From Euryarchaeota archaeon UBA202 (lineage in GTDB: Archaea; Thermoplasmatota; E2; UBA202), in NCBI GenBank assembly GCA_002502685.1, contig DAQA01000029.1, forward strand, positions 4,957-68,956: DNA of 64,000 nt, in the 5' to 3' direction. A model generated the notes under the pieces. That model was not told the DNA's origin, made no database searches, and was given only the letters and a program-made list of their open reading frames with translations. The translations under genes and the position numbers were made by a program. Positions 41,074-51,642 of the stretch are shown here, in pieces (position 1 is the first letter of the stretch; each line of letters opens with the position of its first letter).

Positions 41074-42261
41074 ATGTACTTGACAAGAGAACAGGAACAA
41101 ATTCTTAATGGGGAAAAAGGAGAAATATTACAACGAATGTTTCGCTTGCTTACCCGGTTAGGGGATATCTATAAGGCAGACAAAATGATTCCCATTGGCT
41201 CTGTTCAGGTTGCGGGTGTCTCCTATAAATCAATAGGTGATCCAGGGCTAGAGTTCCTTGAAGATTTAGCGCATAAGGGAGCCCGGGTTCAGGTTCTCAC
41301 CTTTCTTAATCCCGCAGGGATGGATCTTGAGGAATGGGACATTCTGGGTTTCCCCCATGATTTTTCCGCAAAGCAACTTCGAATCATTACCGCCTTTAAG
41401 GAAATGGGTATTGTTCCCACAGCAACCTGTACCCCTTATCTCATAGGTAATCTTCCTCGATTTGGTGAGCATCTTGCCTGGTCTGAGTCATCTGCTGTTT
41501 CATTTGCCAATTCTGTTATTGGGGCACGAACAAACCGGGAGGGTGGCCCTTCGGCATTGGCAGCTGCTTTGTGTGGTCTTACGCCTAATTATGGCCTGCA
41601 TCTCCCTGGAAACCGTATCCCTGAGGTGGTAATAGAGGTAAAGGCACAGATGGGCACCCTCGCTGATTTTGGTGCTTTAGGTCATCTAGTGGGAAAACAA
41701 GTAAGAAGCAAGATTCCCTATTTCACCGGGATATTCGATGTTACTAGTGATCATTTAAAGTCGTTGGGTGCCGCCATGGCAGCTTCTGGTGCTGTTGCTC
41801 TTTACCACATCAAAGATATTACCCCTGAATCTCATCTCATGGATGTCAAGGGCCTGGAAACCATACATGTTACTCAAAAAGACATAAAGGAGACCTATGA
41901 GTCGCTTAATCAAGGTACCAATCCAGATATCATAATCTTTGGATGTCCACATTCCTCGCTTAGAGAAATAATACATTTGGCTAAAAAAATTGAAGGAAAA
42001 AAATTAAAGAAACCTGTCTGGATATGTACCTCACGAGCCATGAAAGAAATTGCGAATAGGATGGGTTTGACATCCATTATTGAAAAAGCGGGCGGTAAAC
42101 TTGTAGCTGATACGTGTATGGTTGTATCTCCCCTGGAACAGATGGGATATTCAACTACTGCAGTGAACTCGGCTAAGGCTGCACAGTATCTCCCCGGATT
42201 TTGTAAACAAACTGTTGTTTATGGAAACATAGATGATTTACTCAAGGAACAAATAAAATGA
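41074..42261 (+). CDS. Aconitase-X-type mevalonate-5-phosphate dehydratase, large subunit (DUF521). The ORF extends to 41017; the likely ATG is 41074.
   Basis: AcnX-like length and position, immediately followed by a DUF126 small subunit, IPK and IDI2. Confidence 0.65.
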   Translation: MYLTREQEQILNGEKGEILQRMFRLLTRLGDIYKADKMIPIGSVQVAGVSYKSIGDPGLEFLEDLAHKGARVQVLTFLNPAGMDLEEWDILGFPHDFSAKQLRIITAFKEMGIVPTATCTPYLIGNLPRFGEHLAWSESSAVSFANSVIGARTNREGGPSALAAALCGLTPNYGLHLPGNRIPEVVIEVKAQMGTLADFGALGHLVGKQVRSKIPYFTGIFDVTSDHLKSLGAAMAASGAVALYHIKDITPESHLMDVKGLETIHVTQKDIKETYESLNQGTNPDIIIFGCPHSSLREIIHLAKKIEGKKLKKPVWICTSRAMKEIANRMGLTSIIEKAGGKLVADTCMVVSPLEQMGYSTTAVNSAKAAQYLPGFCKQTVVYGNIDDLLKEQIK

Positions 42262-42653
42262 AGGGACGAACTATCTCGTCTGGTAAAACCCAGGGAATTG
42301 CATTGGTATCCCAGCAGCCTGTTAGTTTTTATGGAGGCATAGATGTCAATACAGGAATCGTTATAGAAAAAGGGCATGAACTTGAGGGACAGTGTGTCAA
42401 GGACAAAATCCTTGTTTTTCCCCAGGGGAAAGGATCCACGGTAGGATCATATGTTCTTTATGGATTAAAAAAGAATGGTGTGGCACCCAAGGCCATTATT
42501 AACAAGGAAACAGAAACCATAGTGGCAACAGGTGCCATCCTTGCGGGCATACCTGCAATTGATGGGATTGATATCACTTCGCTAAAAACGGGCGACAAAC
42601 TTGTTGTGGATGCTGATAAGGGAATAGTACAATTAAGTAGGCAAACCTTTTAA
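42258..42653 (+). CDS. Aconitase-X-type dehydratase small subunit (DUF126).
   Basis: 131-aa protein coupled (overlapping start) to the large subunit. The conserved pairing is characteristic of the family. Confidence 0.6.
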   Translation: MKGRTISSGKTQGIALVSQQPVSFYGGIDVNTGIVIEKGHELEGQCVKDKILVFPQGKGSTVGSYVLYGLKKNGVAPKAIINKETETIVATGAILAGIPAIDGIDITSLKTGDKLVVDADKGIVQLSRQTF

Positions 42654-42659
42654 TTTTCG

Positions 42660-43433
42660 GTGGCAATTCCCATGACAGTGAAGACCATTATCATAAAATT
42701 TGGAGGATCAGTCATTACCCATAAGGCTATTCCCTATCATTTTAATGCAGAGATAACAAGGAATTTATGTCAAGATTTGGTGACCGCTGGAGGTCGCTTT
42801 GTATTGGTCCATGGAGCCGGCTCCTTTGGTCATCCCCTGGCAAAAAAATTCCATTTAGACCAGGGATTATCTAGAGAAAAAAAGGATGAACAAGTGAAGG
42901 GTGCTGCCCAAACCCATCAATCTGTACGGGATCTCAATGGCAAAGTGATACATACCCTCCTTGATGTGGGTATCCCTGCTGTTTCCCTTTCTCCTTTCCT
43001 TTTTTTTAATTCACTTTTTGGCAGTAATCTTTTTGAACGGATTTTAAAATTTGGTTTCACCCCCGTGACTTTTGGGGATGTTGTTTTAAAAGATGATAAT
43101 ATTACTATTTATTCCGGTGATTTTCTTATGAAGAAAATAGCCCTTGAATTGAACCCTGAGAAAGCCATATTTGTAACCGATGTTGACGGTATTTTCCCTG
43201 ATCTGCAGGACATGACAACAATTCTTACAGATACCACATTAAAGGAAGTAGAAAAAGTGGTTCTTAGAGGCAGTTCACATCCAGATGTTACCCAGGGCAT
43301 GGCTGGCAAAATCAGGGAAATAAAGGACATGGTCAATAAGGGAATAGAGGTGGATATCATAAATGGCCAAAAGCCAAGATGCCTACTGGATGCCATCAGG
43401 GGACATGTGGCAGGAACACGAATTAGGGGGTAA
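42660..43433 (+). CDS. ipk: Isopentenyl phosphate kinase (amino-acid-kinase fold).
   Basis: IIKFGGSVITHK and VLVHGAGSFGH match IPK/AAK. Confidence 0.75.
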   Translation: MAIPMTVKTIIIKFGGSVITHKAIPYHFNAEITRNLCQDLVTAGGRFVLVHGAGSFGHPLAKKFHLDQGLSREKKDEQVKGAAQTHQSVRDLNGKVIHTLLDVGIPAVSLSPFLFFNSLFGSNLFERILKFGFTPVTFGDVVLKDDNITIYSGDFLMKKIALELNPEKAIFVTDVDGIFPDLQDMTTILTDTTLKEVEKVVLRGSSHPDVTQGMAGKIREIKDMVNKGIEVDIINGQKPRCLLDAIRGHVAGTRIRG

Positions 43434-43437
43434 AGAT

Positions 43438-44448
43438 ATGAAAACAATGGAAGGAAGAAAAAAGGATCACTTGGAGATTGTCCTTGGGGAAGATATTGAA
43501 TCTAGTTATAATTACTGGGATGATTTCCATTTTATTCATAATGCCTTACCTGATATCAATATTGATGATATCGATCTTTCAACACGATTATTTGACAAAA
43601 AAATGGATGCCCCTCTTATCATGGCAGGTATGACCGGTGGATTTTCAAAGGCAAAAAAAATCAATGAAAGATTTGCCCAGGTGGCGGAAAAATATCAAGT
43701 TGGTATGGGTGTCGGTTCCCAACGGGCAGGACTGGAGGATCTATCACTTGTCGATACCTATTCAATTATTAAAAACTATGATATCCCCTTAAAGATAGCT
43801 AATCTTGGGGTCCCTCAGCTTATTGAATGGAACGACCCACTTGAAAAAGCAGAAAAGGCAGTGGAAATGATAGATGCCGATGTGTTAGCCATCCATCTAA
43901 ACTTTCTCCAGGAATCTGTCCAAGTGGAAGGAGAAAGAAACGCTCATGGATGCCTTGAGGGAATAAAAAAAATCTGTACGTCTCTTTCAACACCCGTCAT
44001 TGTCAAAGAAACTGGTGCAGGAATATCCTCTGAAGTAGCCAAAAAAATCTGTGATATCGGCATCAAGGGAATCGATATCGGGGGAAGAGGGGGAGCCTCT
44101 TTTGCAGCAATTGAGGCCTATCGGGCACAAAAGAGAGGGGATACGATGCAGAGTCGTTTGGGTCATACTTTTTGGGACTGGGGTATACCCACACCCTTTT
44201 CTCTTCTTGAGGTACATGAGGTCTGTGGTGACGCATTTCCTGTTATCGCCACGGGGGGTGTCAGGAATGGATTGGATGTTGCAAAAGCTCTTGCGTTGGG
44301 TGCCTCGGCAGCAGGGATGGCTTCTGTTTTGCTTAAAAATGATGTCGACCAAGAAATCGCCATATGTCTCAAAGAACTTAAAACAGCGATGTTTTTAACC
44401 GGGTCAAAGAATATAAAACTTCTGAAAGAGCAGGAACTATGGATGTAA
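43438..44448 (+). CDS. fni: Type 2 (FMN-dependent) isopentenyl-diphosphate isomerase. The ORF extends to 43363; the likely start MKTMEG is at 43438.
   Basis: IVKETGAGIS and GIDIGGRGGASFAAIE are the FMN-binding glycine-rich region. Confidence 0.8.
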   Translation: MKTMEGRKKDHLEIVLGEDIESSYNYWDDFHFIHNALPDINIDDIDLSTRLFDKKMDAPLIMAGMTGGFSKAKKINERFAQVAEKYQVGMGVGSQRAGLEDLSLVDTYSIIKNYDIPLKIANLGVPQLIEWNDPLEKAEKAVEMIDADVLAIHLNFLQESVQVEGERNAHGCLEGIKKICTSLSTPVIVKETGAGISSEVAKKICDIGIKGIDIGGRGGASFAAIEAYRAQKRGDTMQSRLGHTFWDWGIPTPFSLLEVHEVCGDAFPVIATGGVRNGLDVAKALALGASAAGMASVLLKNDVDQEIAICLKELKTAMFLTGSKNIKLLKEQELWM

Positions 44449-45419
44449 AAAAATGGATGGCAACAGAAGCTAAACGCTTCACGGATTCCTTATTGACGTA
44501 TCTACCAGATGGGGAACCTAAAAAATTATATCAGGCAATCAATCATCTTCCCTCAGCTGGTGGTAAATGCCTCCGTCCCCTCCTGTCCTTTCTTTCTTGT
44601 GAAGCAGTGGGGGGCAATCCCACTGATACAGTCCCCTATGGTGTTGCATTGGAACTTATTCATACCTTTACCCTGATACATGATGACCTTATGGATCATG
44701 ATGAAGAACGCCGGGGGCTCCCAACTGTACATGCGCTCTTTGGAGAGGATACTGCCATACTAGCGGGAGATGCATTATTTGCCAAGGCATTTGAGGTAGC
44801 ATCCCAGACACCGGTTACAGATTCGATCCTCACCGTTCTTATTCGTAATCTCTCACGTATGACACAAGAAATCTGTGAAGGGCAACAACTGGATATGGAT
44901 TTTGAATATAGAGATGATGTCAGTGAAAACGATTTTATTGAAATGATTGAAAAAAAAACCGCGAAAATGTTTGAGTATGCCACCTATGGTGGTTCCATTA
45001 TTGGCGGGGCAAGCAAGATGGAAGCACATGCATTACGTCAATACGGGAGAAACCTGGGTTTAGCCTTTCAAATTTGGGATGATTGCTTGGATCTTGTAGG
45101 AGGTGATACCCTGGGAAAACCCCTTGGAAGTGATATACGGGAAGGAAAAAAGACAATGGTGTATATCCATGCTCTTCCGTATCTCACAAGTACGGATAAA
45201 AAAATATTTTCTTGCATCTTTGGAAATAAATCAGCCAACAAAAAAGATATCCAATCTGTTATCGCCCTCCTAAAAAAAACAGGGTCAATTACATATGCCG
45301 GTTCACAGGCATCTAAATTTGTATCTCAAGCATGTGCTTCTCTTGAAACGTTGCAAGAAAGCACAGCTAAAAATAAGTTGTCTAAAATCGCATCGTATGC
45401 AATTGAGAGAACAAAATAG
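44439..45419 (+). CDS. idsA: Geranylgeranyl diphosphate synthase (short-chain trans-prenyltransferase).
   Basis: FARM LIHDDLMDHDEERRG and SARM FQIWDDCLD. Confidence 0.85.
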   Translation: MDVKKWMATEAKRFTDSLLTYLPDGEPKKLYQAINHLPSAGGKCLRPLLSFLSCEAVGGNPTDTVPYGVALELIHTFTLIHDDLMDHDEERRGLPTVHALFGEDTAILAGDALFAKAFEVASQTPVTDSILTVLIRNLSRMTQEICEGQQLDMDFEYRDDVSENDFIEMIEKKTAKMFEYATYGGSIIGGASKMEAHALRQYGRNLGLAFQIWDDCLDLVGGDTLGKPLGSDIREGKKTMVYIHALPYLTSTDKKIFSCIFGNKSANKKDIQSVIALLKKTGSITYAGSQASKFVSQACASLETLQESTAKNKLSKIASYAIERTK

Positions 45420-45657
45420 GGTGCATCTCTTTTTAGATTTTACAACCCATGCGGCATGATAAGTAACTGTTGATACTTGTTCTTTCCCAAGATTATACAA
45501 ACTGTCATTCTGTTTGTGTTCACATCATTTTTTTCTATAGGTATTGGCATCAGCTAGATGCCCCCAAAAAATTGCATCGATGCCCCGTAATAAGGGCATA
45601 CATCATTTCAGAAGGGATTCTATCCCTACTGCTTAATCTATGAGGGTAGTGGAGTTT

Positions 45658-46530
45658 TCACACCATTTTTTTTTTTGCCTTATATTGGGTAACTCCTTCA
45701 CTTATAATCCCATAAATATAGGGAAGTGGCGTACCGATATAAAGTAGGCATCCACAAAAAGCTATTGCCTTATTGTGCTTTTTCATATGGGACACCCTTT
45801 TCAGGGGATCCTCGTTTCCTAGTATGTTATTTTTCCAGGGGGTAAGGAGTGTCTTTATGACGGCATAGGGGATTTCCATGATCCACAGAATGCACTGTCG
45901 AAGATATGCCGGATTCCCCATGGGTTTTGTCTGTCTTTTTTTAATGCATTGATATAACTCTTCTCCTGATACACCCATAAATTCAGTATAGGTCATTCCT
46001 AGCCAAATAGTGGAGTGTGCATCACTTCCTCCCACCTGGGCTAATGACATTAATGTGTGCTGTTCAGCTAATTTATTTACATAGGGATCTCTATGAAATC
46101 CATTCAAAATCTCTACTCCATCCAGATTGAGTGTTTTAATCTTATCTCCCAGGCTGGGGCAATGGTAACTGTAGGGATGAGGAGCCACCGCAAACCCCCC
46201 TTGTTCATGGATGAGGTCAATGGATTCTTCCACTGTTTTTCCTGGTGGTATCAATTCTTGTATAAATAATCCAAGGAGCTCGCCATCAAGGGTGGTTATT
46301 TCTTCTCCAATCACAATATCCACCTCAAGTTTATTCTGTTGTGCATACTTTTTTGCTCGATATGCACCCTTTATTTCATCATGGTCAGTGATTGAGAGGA
46401 CATCAAGATTATTCCTGATTGCCCTGTCTACCATTTTTTCCGGGGGTATCACAGATTCAGGAAATGGTATCCGTAAAAAATGGGCAATACCTGAAAAATT
46501 GGTATGGCAATGAAGATCGGCCTTTCCCAT
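45658..46530 (-). CDS. PHP-domain metal-dependent phosphoesterase.
   Basis: ADLHCHTNFS...LSITDHD is the PHP signature. Confidence 0.6.
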   Translation of the reverse strand: MGKADLHCHTNFSGIAHFLRIPFPESVIPPEKMVDRAIRNNLDVLSITDHDEIKGAYRAKKYAQQNKLEVDIVIGEEITTLDGELLGLFIQELIPPGKTVEESIDLIHEQGGFAVAPHPYSYHCPSLGDKIKTLNLDGVEILNGFHRDPYVNKLAEQHTLMSLAQVGGSDAHSTIWLGMTYTEFMGVSGEELYQCIKKRQTKPMGNPAYLRQCILWIMEIPYAVIKTLLTPWKNNILGNEDPLKRVSHMKKHNKAIAFCGCLLYIGTPLPYIYGIISEGVTQYKAKKKMV

Positions 46531-46749
46531 ACTTTTTCCTCCTTTCAGCTCAAGTTTTTTTCTTTTCCTAAATTCTTCCCATCCTGTTATTGGATAAATT
46601 AGGATATCCTTGCTGGTGTGATATAGATTTTTGATCCCACATGGAGATAGTACTTTTGACTCTTTCTTTTCTATCTTTTTTTTTCATCTCTTCTATCTTC
46701 CTATATTTATCATATTTTAGCAGTGTTTACTTCCCTTAGTGACCAGTGA

Positions 46750-47751
46750 TTATAGTTCTTTGGCAAATTGCTGATTTATCGAAATTTCCGCGATGTCTAA
46801 GGCATAGGAACGCATTCGTTCAAGGCTATCAATTATATAAGCAAACGATACAGTTTCCAGCGTGTTTTCTTTAATCTCCATTAGGTCATGCCTGAGTTTA
46901 TTTATACTCTTAGATATTTTCTTTGCCGCGCTCACAACATTATTTGCCTCTTCAAATCTCTTTGCATAGAATGCATTCATGGCAGCATCAAGGATAGCAC
47001 TAATTTTTGTACTGACTTCAATAATATTAGAAATGATTTTATTGTTTGTGTGAATATTTTCTACATTGGATGCCAGTTTTTTTGCATGATCCGCGATTCT
47101 CTCAATTGCACGGGCAATAAGAAGGTAACTGAGGGCGGCAATGGGTGTAAATCCCATTTTTTCTGCGAAAAAAACATCTTGAAGGATGAGATTATATTGT
47201 TTTGCAATCATCCAATATAGTTTATCCACCTCGTCATCTCGTGACTCCACATCCTTTGCAAGTTGCTTGTCTTTTTCTTTTAGGGCAATGATGGCGTCAT
47301 GATGCATTTCTCTCGTTATGGCATGCATGCGGCGTAGTCCCTTTTTTAGGGAAAATTCACCGGCATCAATGAGGTCCTGCACCGTCATGCTAATCATTGT
47401 TTCATCAATAATTTCTGGTCCAATGACATAATGTGATAGATCCCGGATTCTTTGTCTTACAGGGGGCGTAAGACGATTTTTTGATCTAAATTCGATAATA
47501 TCATAGCCTGAAAGATAAGCAGCAATAAATTTCCTGGTCATTTTTTCTGTTTCATCATAGTCAATATTAATTGATTTTTTGGGTTTGCTTGTTCCATTTT
47601 TTAGTTTTGGATTAATGAAAAGTGTACCATCTGCCTGGGGGTTAAGGACGATATAATCCCCGTTTTTGACTCCTGCTTTTTTAACCCATTTTTTCGGAAG
47701 TGAGATGATATAGGTTGAGCCTCCCGTTATTTGAATCTTACGTGTTTCCAT
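46750..47751 (-). CDS. PhoU-domain phosphate-regulon regulator with an N-terminal AbrB/SpoVT-like DNA-binding domain.
   Basis: N-terminal IQITGGSTYIISLPKKWVKKAGVKNGDYIVL (swapped-hairpin) followed by two PhoU-like helical repeats. Confidence 0.6.
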   Translation of the reverse strand: METRKIQITGGSTYIISLPKKWVKKAGVKNGDYIVLNPQADGTLFINPKLKNGTSKPKKSINIDYDETEKMTRKFIAAYLSGYDIIEFRSKNRLTPPVRQRIRDLSHYVIGPEIIDETMISMTVQDLIDAGEFSLKKGLRRMHAITREMHHDAIIALKEKDKQLAKDVESRDDEVDKLYWMIAKQYNLILQDVFFAEKMGFTPIAALSYLLIARAIERIADHAKKLASNVENIHTNNKIISNIIEVSTKISAILDAAMNAFYAKRFEEANNVVSAAKKISKSINKLRHDLMEIKENTLETVSFAYIIDSLERMRSYALDIAEISINQQFAKEL

Positions 47752-47978
47752 TAATTTAGGCCATTCATTTATTCTATTTAGAGTTATTGATTCTATATAT
47801 TTAATTTTTTTTTATATAGTATCTGTTTCCTATTATTTTCCAGGATTTTACTGTTGGTAATGCCTTTACTATCTACATCACGGTGAATATCATGCCTTCA
47901 CTGGTTTGTATGTTTTGCAGTTAGGTAGAATGGCACTCTTGCAATAATTACCTGAAGAATCTGCAAAAACTTTCCTTT

Positions 47979-48644
47979 TCATTTGATCTCAATTCTTTCG
48001 CCTGTTAGCATATAATGGATTTTTTCAGCCATTTTACAGGCATGGTCACCGCATCTTTCTAAATACCGTGCAATCATCAAGTAATGGGCACCTCTTCTGA
48101 TTTTTTTTGAATCTTCCATCATATAAGTTAGGCATTCCCGAAATATGGAGTACCTCAAATTGTCTATGTCATCATCTCTTTCTGAAAGATTGCTAAGAAG
48201 GGAGATATCCTCTGTTTTGTACGCAGTGAGGGTATCTTGGATCATTCCTAAAACCAGATTTGCCATATAGGGGATACTCACCAGCTTTGCCAAGTGTTTT
48301 TTAGGTTTAATTTCAAGTGAGGTATTGGCGATATCCTTCCCGTAGCGTCCAATCCGGGCAAGATAAGTAATCATCTTGAGGCAACAGGCAATTGTCCTCA
48401 TATCCTTTGCCATGGGTTGATAAAGGGCAATCAGCCTCAGAGCTTTTTCCTCAGTTTTTTCATCCATATCAGCAAGCTTATTTTTCTGATTATTCACCCA
48501 CTCCACCATTTCTGCATCCTGGTTTTTTAATGCCTCTATGGATTTTTCCAGCATTGCCATGGCTAATTCCCCCATTTTTAACACATCGTCTTTAAGCACA
48601 TCTATTTCCTTATAAAATTTTTCTACCATTTTTTCACTATCCAA
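47979..48644 (-). CDS. phoU: Phosphate transport system regulator PhoU.
   Basis: PhoU repeats. Position immediately downstream of pstB. Confidence 0.75.
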   Translation of the reverse strand: MDSEKMVEKFYKEIDVLKDDVLKMGELAMAMLEKSIEALKNQDAEMVEWVNNQKNKLADMDEKTEEKALRLIALYQPMAKDMRTIACCLKMITYLARIGRYGKDIANTSLEIKPKKHLAKLVSIPYMANLVLGMIQDTLTAYKTEDISLLSNLSERDDDIDNLRYSIFRECLTYMMEDSKKIRRGAHYLMIARYLERCGDHACKMAEKIHYMLTGERIEIK

Positions 48645-49404
48645 ATCTTCCCGTTATATAATTTTCAGTTAATTCTTCCTTTGGGTTTTCAAATACCTGC
48701 CTTGTTTTACCAAACTCGACAAGCTTACCCAGATACATATAGGCCGTAAAGTCACTGACCCGAGCAGCTTGCTGCATATTGTGTGTGACAATGACGACGG
48801 TATAATTTTTTATGAGAACACGAATTAAATCCTCAATTTTTGCAGTGGCAATGGGATCCAGGGCACTGCATGGTTCATCCATTAGTATAACCTCTGGCTG
48901 TATGGCTAATGCCCGTGCAATACAGAGGCGTTGCTGTTGTCCCCCGGACAATCCCGTGGCTGAGTCGTCAAGACGATTGCATACTTCGTCATAGAGGGCC
49001 GCCTCATGCAAACTTCGTTCCACTATCTCATCAAGTGAATTTTTATTTTTTATTCCCGCGATACGGCAGCCATAGGCAATGTTTTCGTAGATACTTTTTG
49101 GAAAGGGATTTGGTTTTTGAAAAACCATGCCTACTTTTTTCCGGATTTCTACCACATCAATTTTTTTATCATAGATATTCATACCATCTAAGATTACCTT
49201 ACCTTTAACCCGGCACTTAGGAATAATATCATTCATACGGTTAAGGCAACGAATCAGTGTTGATTTACCGCAACCCGATGGCCCAATAATGGCAGTGACC
49301 TTGTTTTCCTCGATGGGCATGTATACATTTTTGACAGCCTGGTTTTTGTCATACCAGAAACTGAGATCCTGGACATCAATTTTTATATTTTTCTTAGAGG
49401 CCAT
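48637..49404 (-). CDS. pstB: Phosphate ABC transporter ATP-binding protein PstB.
   Basis: Walker [10 protein letters not shown], signature [15 protein letters not shown], Walker B ILMDEP. Confidence 0.9.
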   Translation of the reverse strand: MASKKNIKIDVQDLSFWYDKNQAVKNVYMPIEENKVTAIIGPSGCGKSTLIRCLNRMNDIIPKCRVKGKVILDGMNIYDKKIDVVEIRKKVGMVFQKPNPFPKSIYENIAYGCRIAGIKNKNSLDEIVERSLHEAALYDEVCNRLDDSATGLSGGQQQRLCIARALAIQPEVILMDEPCSALDPIATAKIEDLIRVLIKNYTVVIVTHNMQQAARVSDFTAYMYLGKLVEFGKTRQVFENPKEELTENYITGRFG

Positions 49405-49469
49405 TTTATGTCATCCCCCTCATTATTTTCTTAGGCATGAAATATAACTTTTTATTTCTAAGTACCATG

Positions 49470-50774
49470 TTAGAATTCCTTCCTAAATTTTTCTCTAATG
49501 ACTAAGGCAACTACATTTAAGATTAAGATAATTGTGAGCAATATAAGGGCAGTGGACCAAGCATTTTGCATCCGGGCCGCCACTTCAACCTCGTCTCCAA
49601 GCCCCCCACGCATACCAAAAAGGGTGTAGAGATGGGTGGGGAGTGAGGCAACCATTCCCAACAAGTTAGGGGGCATCTTGATGATTAATGTACTAACAAA
49701 AAGTAAAGGTGCAGTTTCGCCAGCTGCTTCACCAATCCCCAATACAACCCCTGTAATAATGCCTGGAAGGGAAGGAGGAAGCACAACTCTCCTAATTGTT
49801 TGCCATTTAGTGGCACCCAAGGCAAGGCTTCCCTCCCTGAGACCCTGAGGTATACTTTTTAGCGCCTCGGCTGACGATCGAATAATCATGGGAAGGGCAT
49901 AAAAACTCAGAACAAGGCCCCCCGTAAGAAACGATATACCAAATATGGGAACAAAAAATGCCAAGGCAAACAAACCAAAAACAATAGAGGGGACACCCCG
50001 CAATATACTGACAGCCATTTTAATCACTCGAACCATAAAGTGGCCACCAGCATACTCTTCTAGATATATTGCTGCACCAATACCAAGGGGAACAGCGATT
50101 ACAAACATGATAAACATTAATAACAAAGTACCCACAATAGCCGGTAATATCCCCCCTGATTCACCGAGTCCTCTCACATCACTAGTGAGAAATTCCCACG
50201 TAATACCCGGAGCGCCATTGATGGTTACCTGCCCAATGATTATGACTAGAGGATAAAGTATGATTAGCATACATACCACGAGTAAAAAATATGCTCCATA
50301 CTGGTTACCCAAAGGCTTAAAATTAAAAAGGGCCCCCAAGGATAACAACGCCCCAATCAAGCCAAATATAATTAAGCCAATGGAAAAAATCATATTGTAT
50401 GTCAAGCTTGCACTTAGGCCATAATCCTGGAGACCCACCGATGAAGGATAAGCCGTACTTACAAAGACTATAAGAAATAAAATCAGGGAAAAAATCAAGA
50501 TACGAACACTCTTTTTTTTGTTTATTTTGATGCTGCTTATACCTGTTAATAAAAAACAAATACCAAAAATAAGAAACAGGTACCCATAGATATCCTCGCC
50601 GATATAATTCAATGTTGCCACAATCGTAAATCCCGCTAGGGCATAAAGGCACGATAGACAAAGAGAAAGTAAGAAAAGTAATCTTTGGAGAGAAACATAT
50701 TCATAAAGCATTTTTGTATTAATTATTTTCCCAAATACATTCCTCATGCTATCCCCCCTTGAATTTTTTTTCAA
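49470..50774 (-). CDS. pstA: Phosphate ABC transporter permease PstA. An N-terminal extension makes it longer than typical.
   Basis: ABC permease EAA-region and TM topology. Gene order pstS-pstC-pstA-pstB. Confidence 0.8.
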   Translation of the reverse strand: MKKNSRGDSMRNVFGKIINTKMLYEYVSLQRLLFLLSLCLSCLYALAGFTIVATLNYIGEDIYGYLFLIFGICFLLTGISSIKINKKKSVRILIFSLILFLIVFVSTAYPSSVGLQDYGLSASLTYNMIFSIGLIIFGLIGALLSLGALFNFKPLGNQYGAYFLLVVCMLIILYPLVIIIGQVTINGAPGITWEFLTSDVRGLGESGGILPAIVGTLLLMFIMFVIAVPLGIGAAIYLEEYAGGHFMVRVIKMAVSILRGVPSIVFGLFALAFFVPIFGISFLTGGLVLSFYALPMIIRSSAEALKSIPQGLREGSLALGATKWQTIRRVVLPPSLPGIITGVVLGIGEAAGETAPLLFVSTLIIKMPPNLLGMVASLPTHLYTLFGMRGGLGDEVEVAARMQNAWSTALILLTIILILNVVALVIREKFRKEF

Positions 50775-51618
50775 TACGGTATTGCATGATTTCTGAAATA
50801 ATACTCATGACACTCACAATTATAAAAAGAAATACACCAGCTGCAAACAACACATTAACTTTTAAACCATAAGCTTCACCCCAATGACCTGCAATTAAAG
50901 AGGTGAGAACAGGGCCTGATTCAAATATATCAAACCACGAATCAGGAGCACGTGTAATGGCGCTAACCACCATCAGAACAGCCATTGTTTCACCTAAGGC
51001 TTTCCCTACCCCCAGGGTTGCTCCCGCAAAGATACCAGATGAGGCAGCAGGAAATGTTACTTTTTTTATCGTCTGCCAGGGAGTGGCTCCTAGGGCCAAT
51101 GAAGCTTCCTTTATTTCTCGTGGAACACTTTTTAGGGAGTCATCAGAAATGCTAATTATTATCGGAAGGGTCATGACTCCAATTATAAGCCCTCCCGCCA
51201 GCAAAGAAAAGCCAGAAATCATTCTAAAAGAATCTGTAAGAAAGGGAACTAATATAATTGCTCCTATAAATCCATAAACCACCGATGGTATCCCCGCCAG
51301 TACTTCAATAATGGGTTTTAATATCCGACGTATCCATACGGATGCCACCTCTGATAAAAAGATACCCCCTCCAATACCTAAAGGATAGGCAATTAATAAG
51401 GCGCCACCGGTTACAATAAGCGATCCCCTAATTGCGCCCCCGAGACCCAGTTCATTGGAAAAGTCCGTACTAAAAATATCTCCCCCGACTTCAATAAATG
51501 CAGGGATTGCCTCTTTGAATAGAAAAAAGAATATAAAAAAGATAATAAAAATAGAAAAAGAAGCTATCAAAAGAAAAATACCCTGAATGATATGTTCCTT
51601 TGATAGCTTTTTTTTCAT
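50749..51618 (-). CDS. pstC: Phosphate ABC transporter permease PstC.
   Basis: Permease TM topology and gene order. Confidence 0.8.
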   Translation of the reverse strand: MKKKLSKEHIIQGIFLLIASFSIFIIFFIFFFLFKEAIPAFIEVGGDIFSTDFSNELGLGGAIRGSLIVTGGALLIAYPLGIGGGIFLSEVASVWIRRILKPIIEVLAGIPSVVYGFIGAIILVPFLTDSFRMISGFSLLAGGLIIGVMTLPIIISISDDSLKSVPREIKEASLALGATPWQTIKKVTFPAASSGIFAGATLGVGKALGETMAVLMVVSAITRAPDSWFDIFESGPVLTSLIAGHWGEAYGLKVNVLFAAGVFLFIIVSVMSIISEIMQYRIEKKFKGG

Positions 51619-51642
51619 TTTTCCTCTCGTGTACCATCTGTC

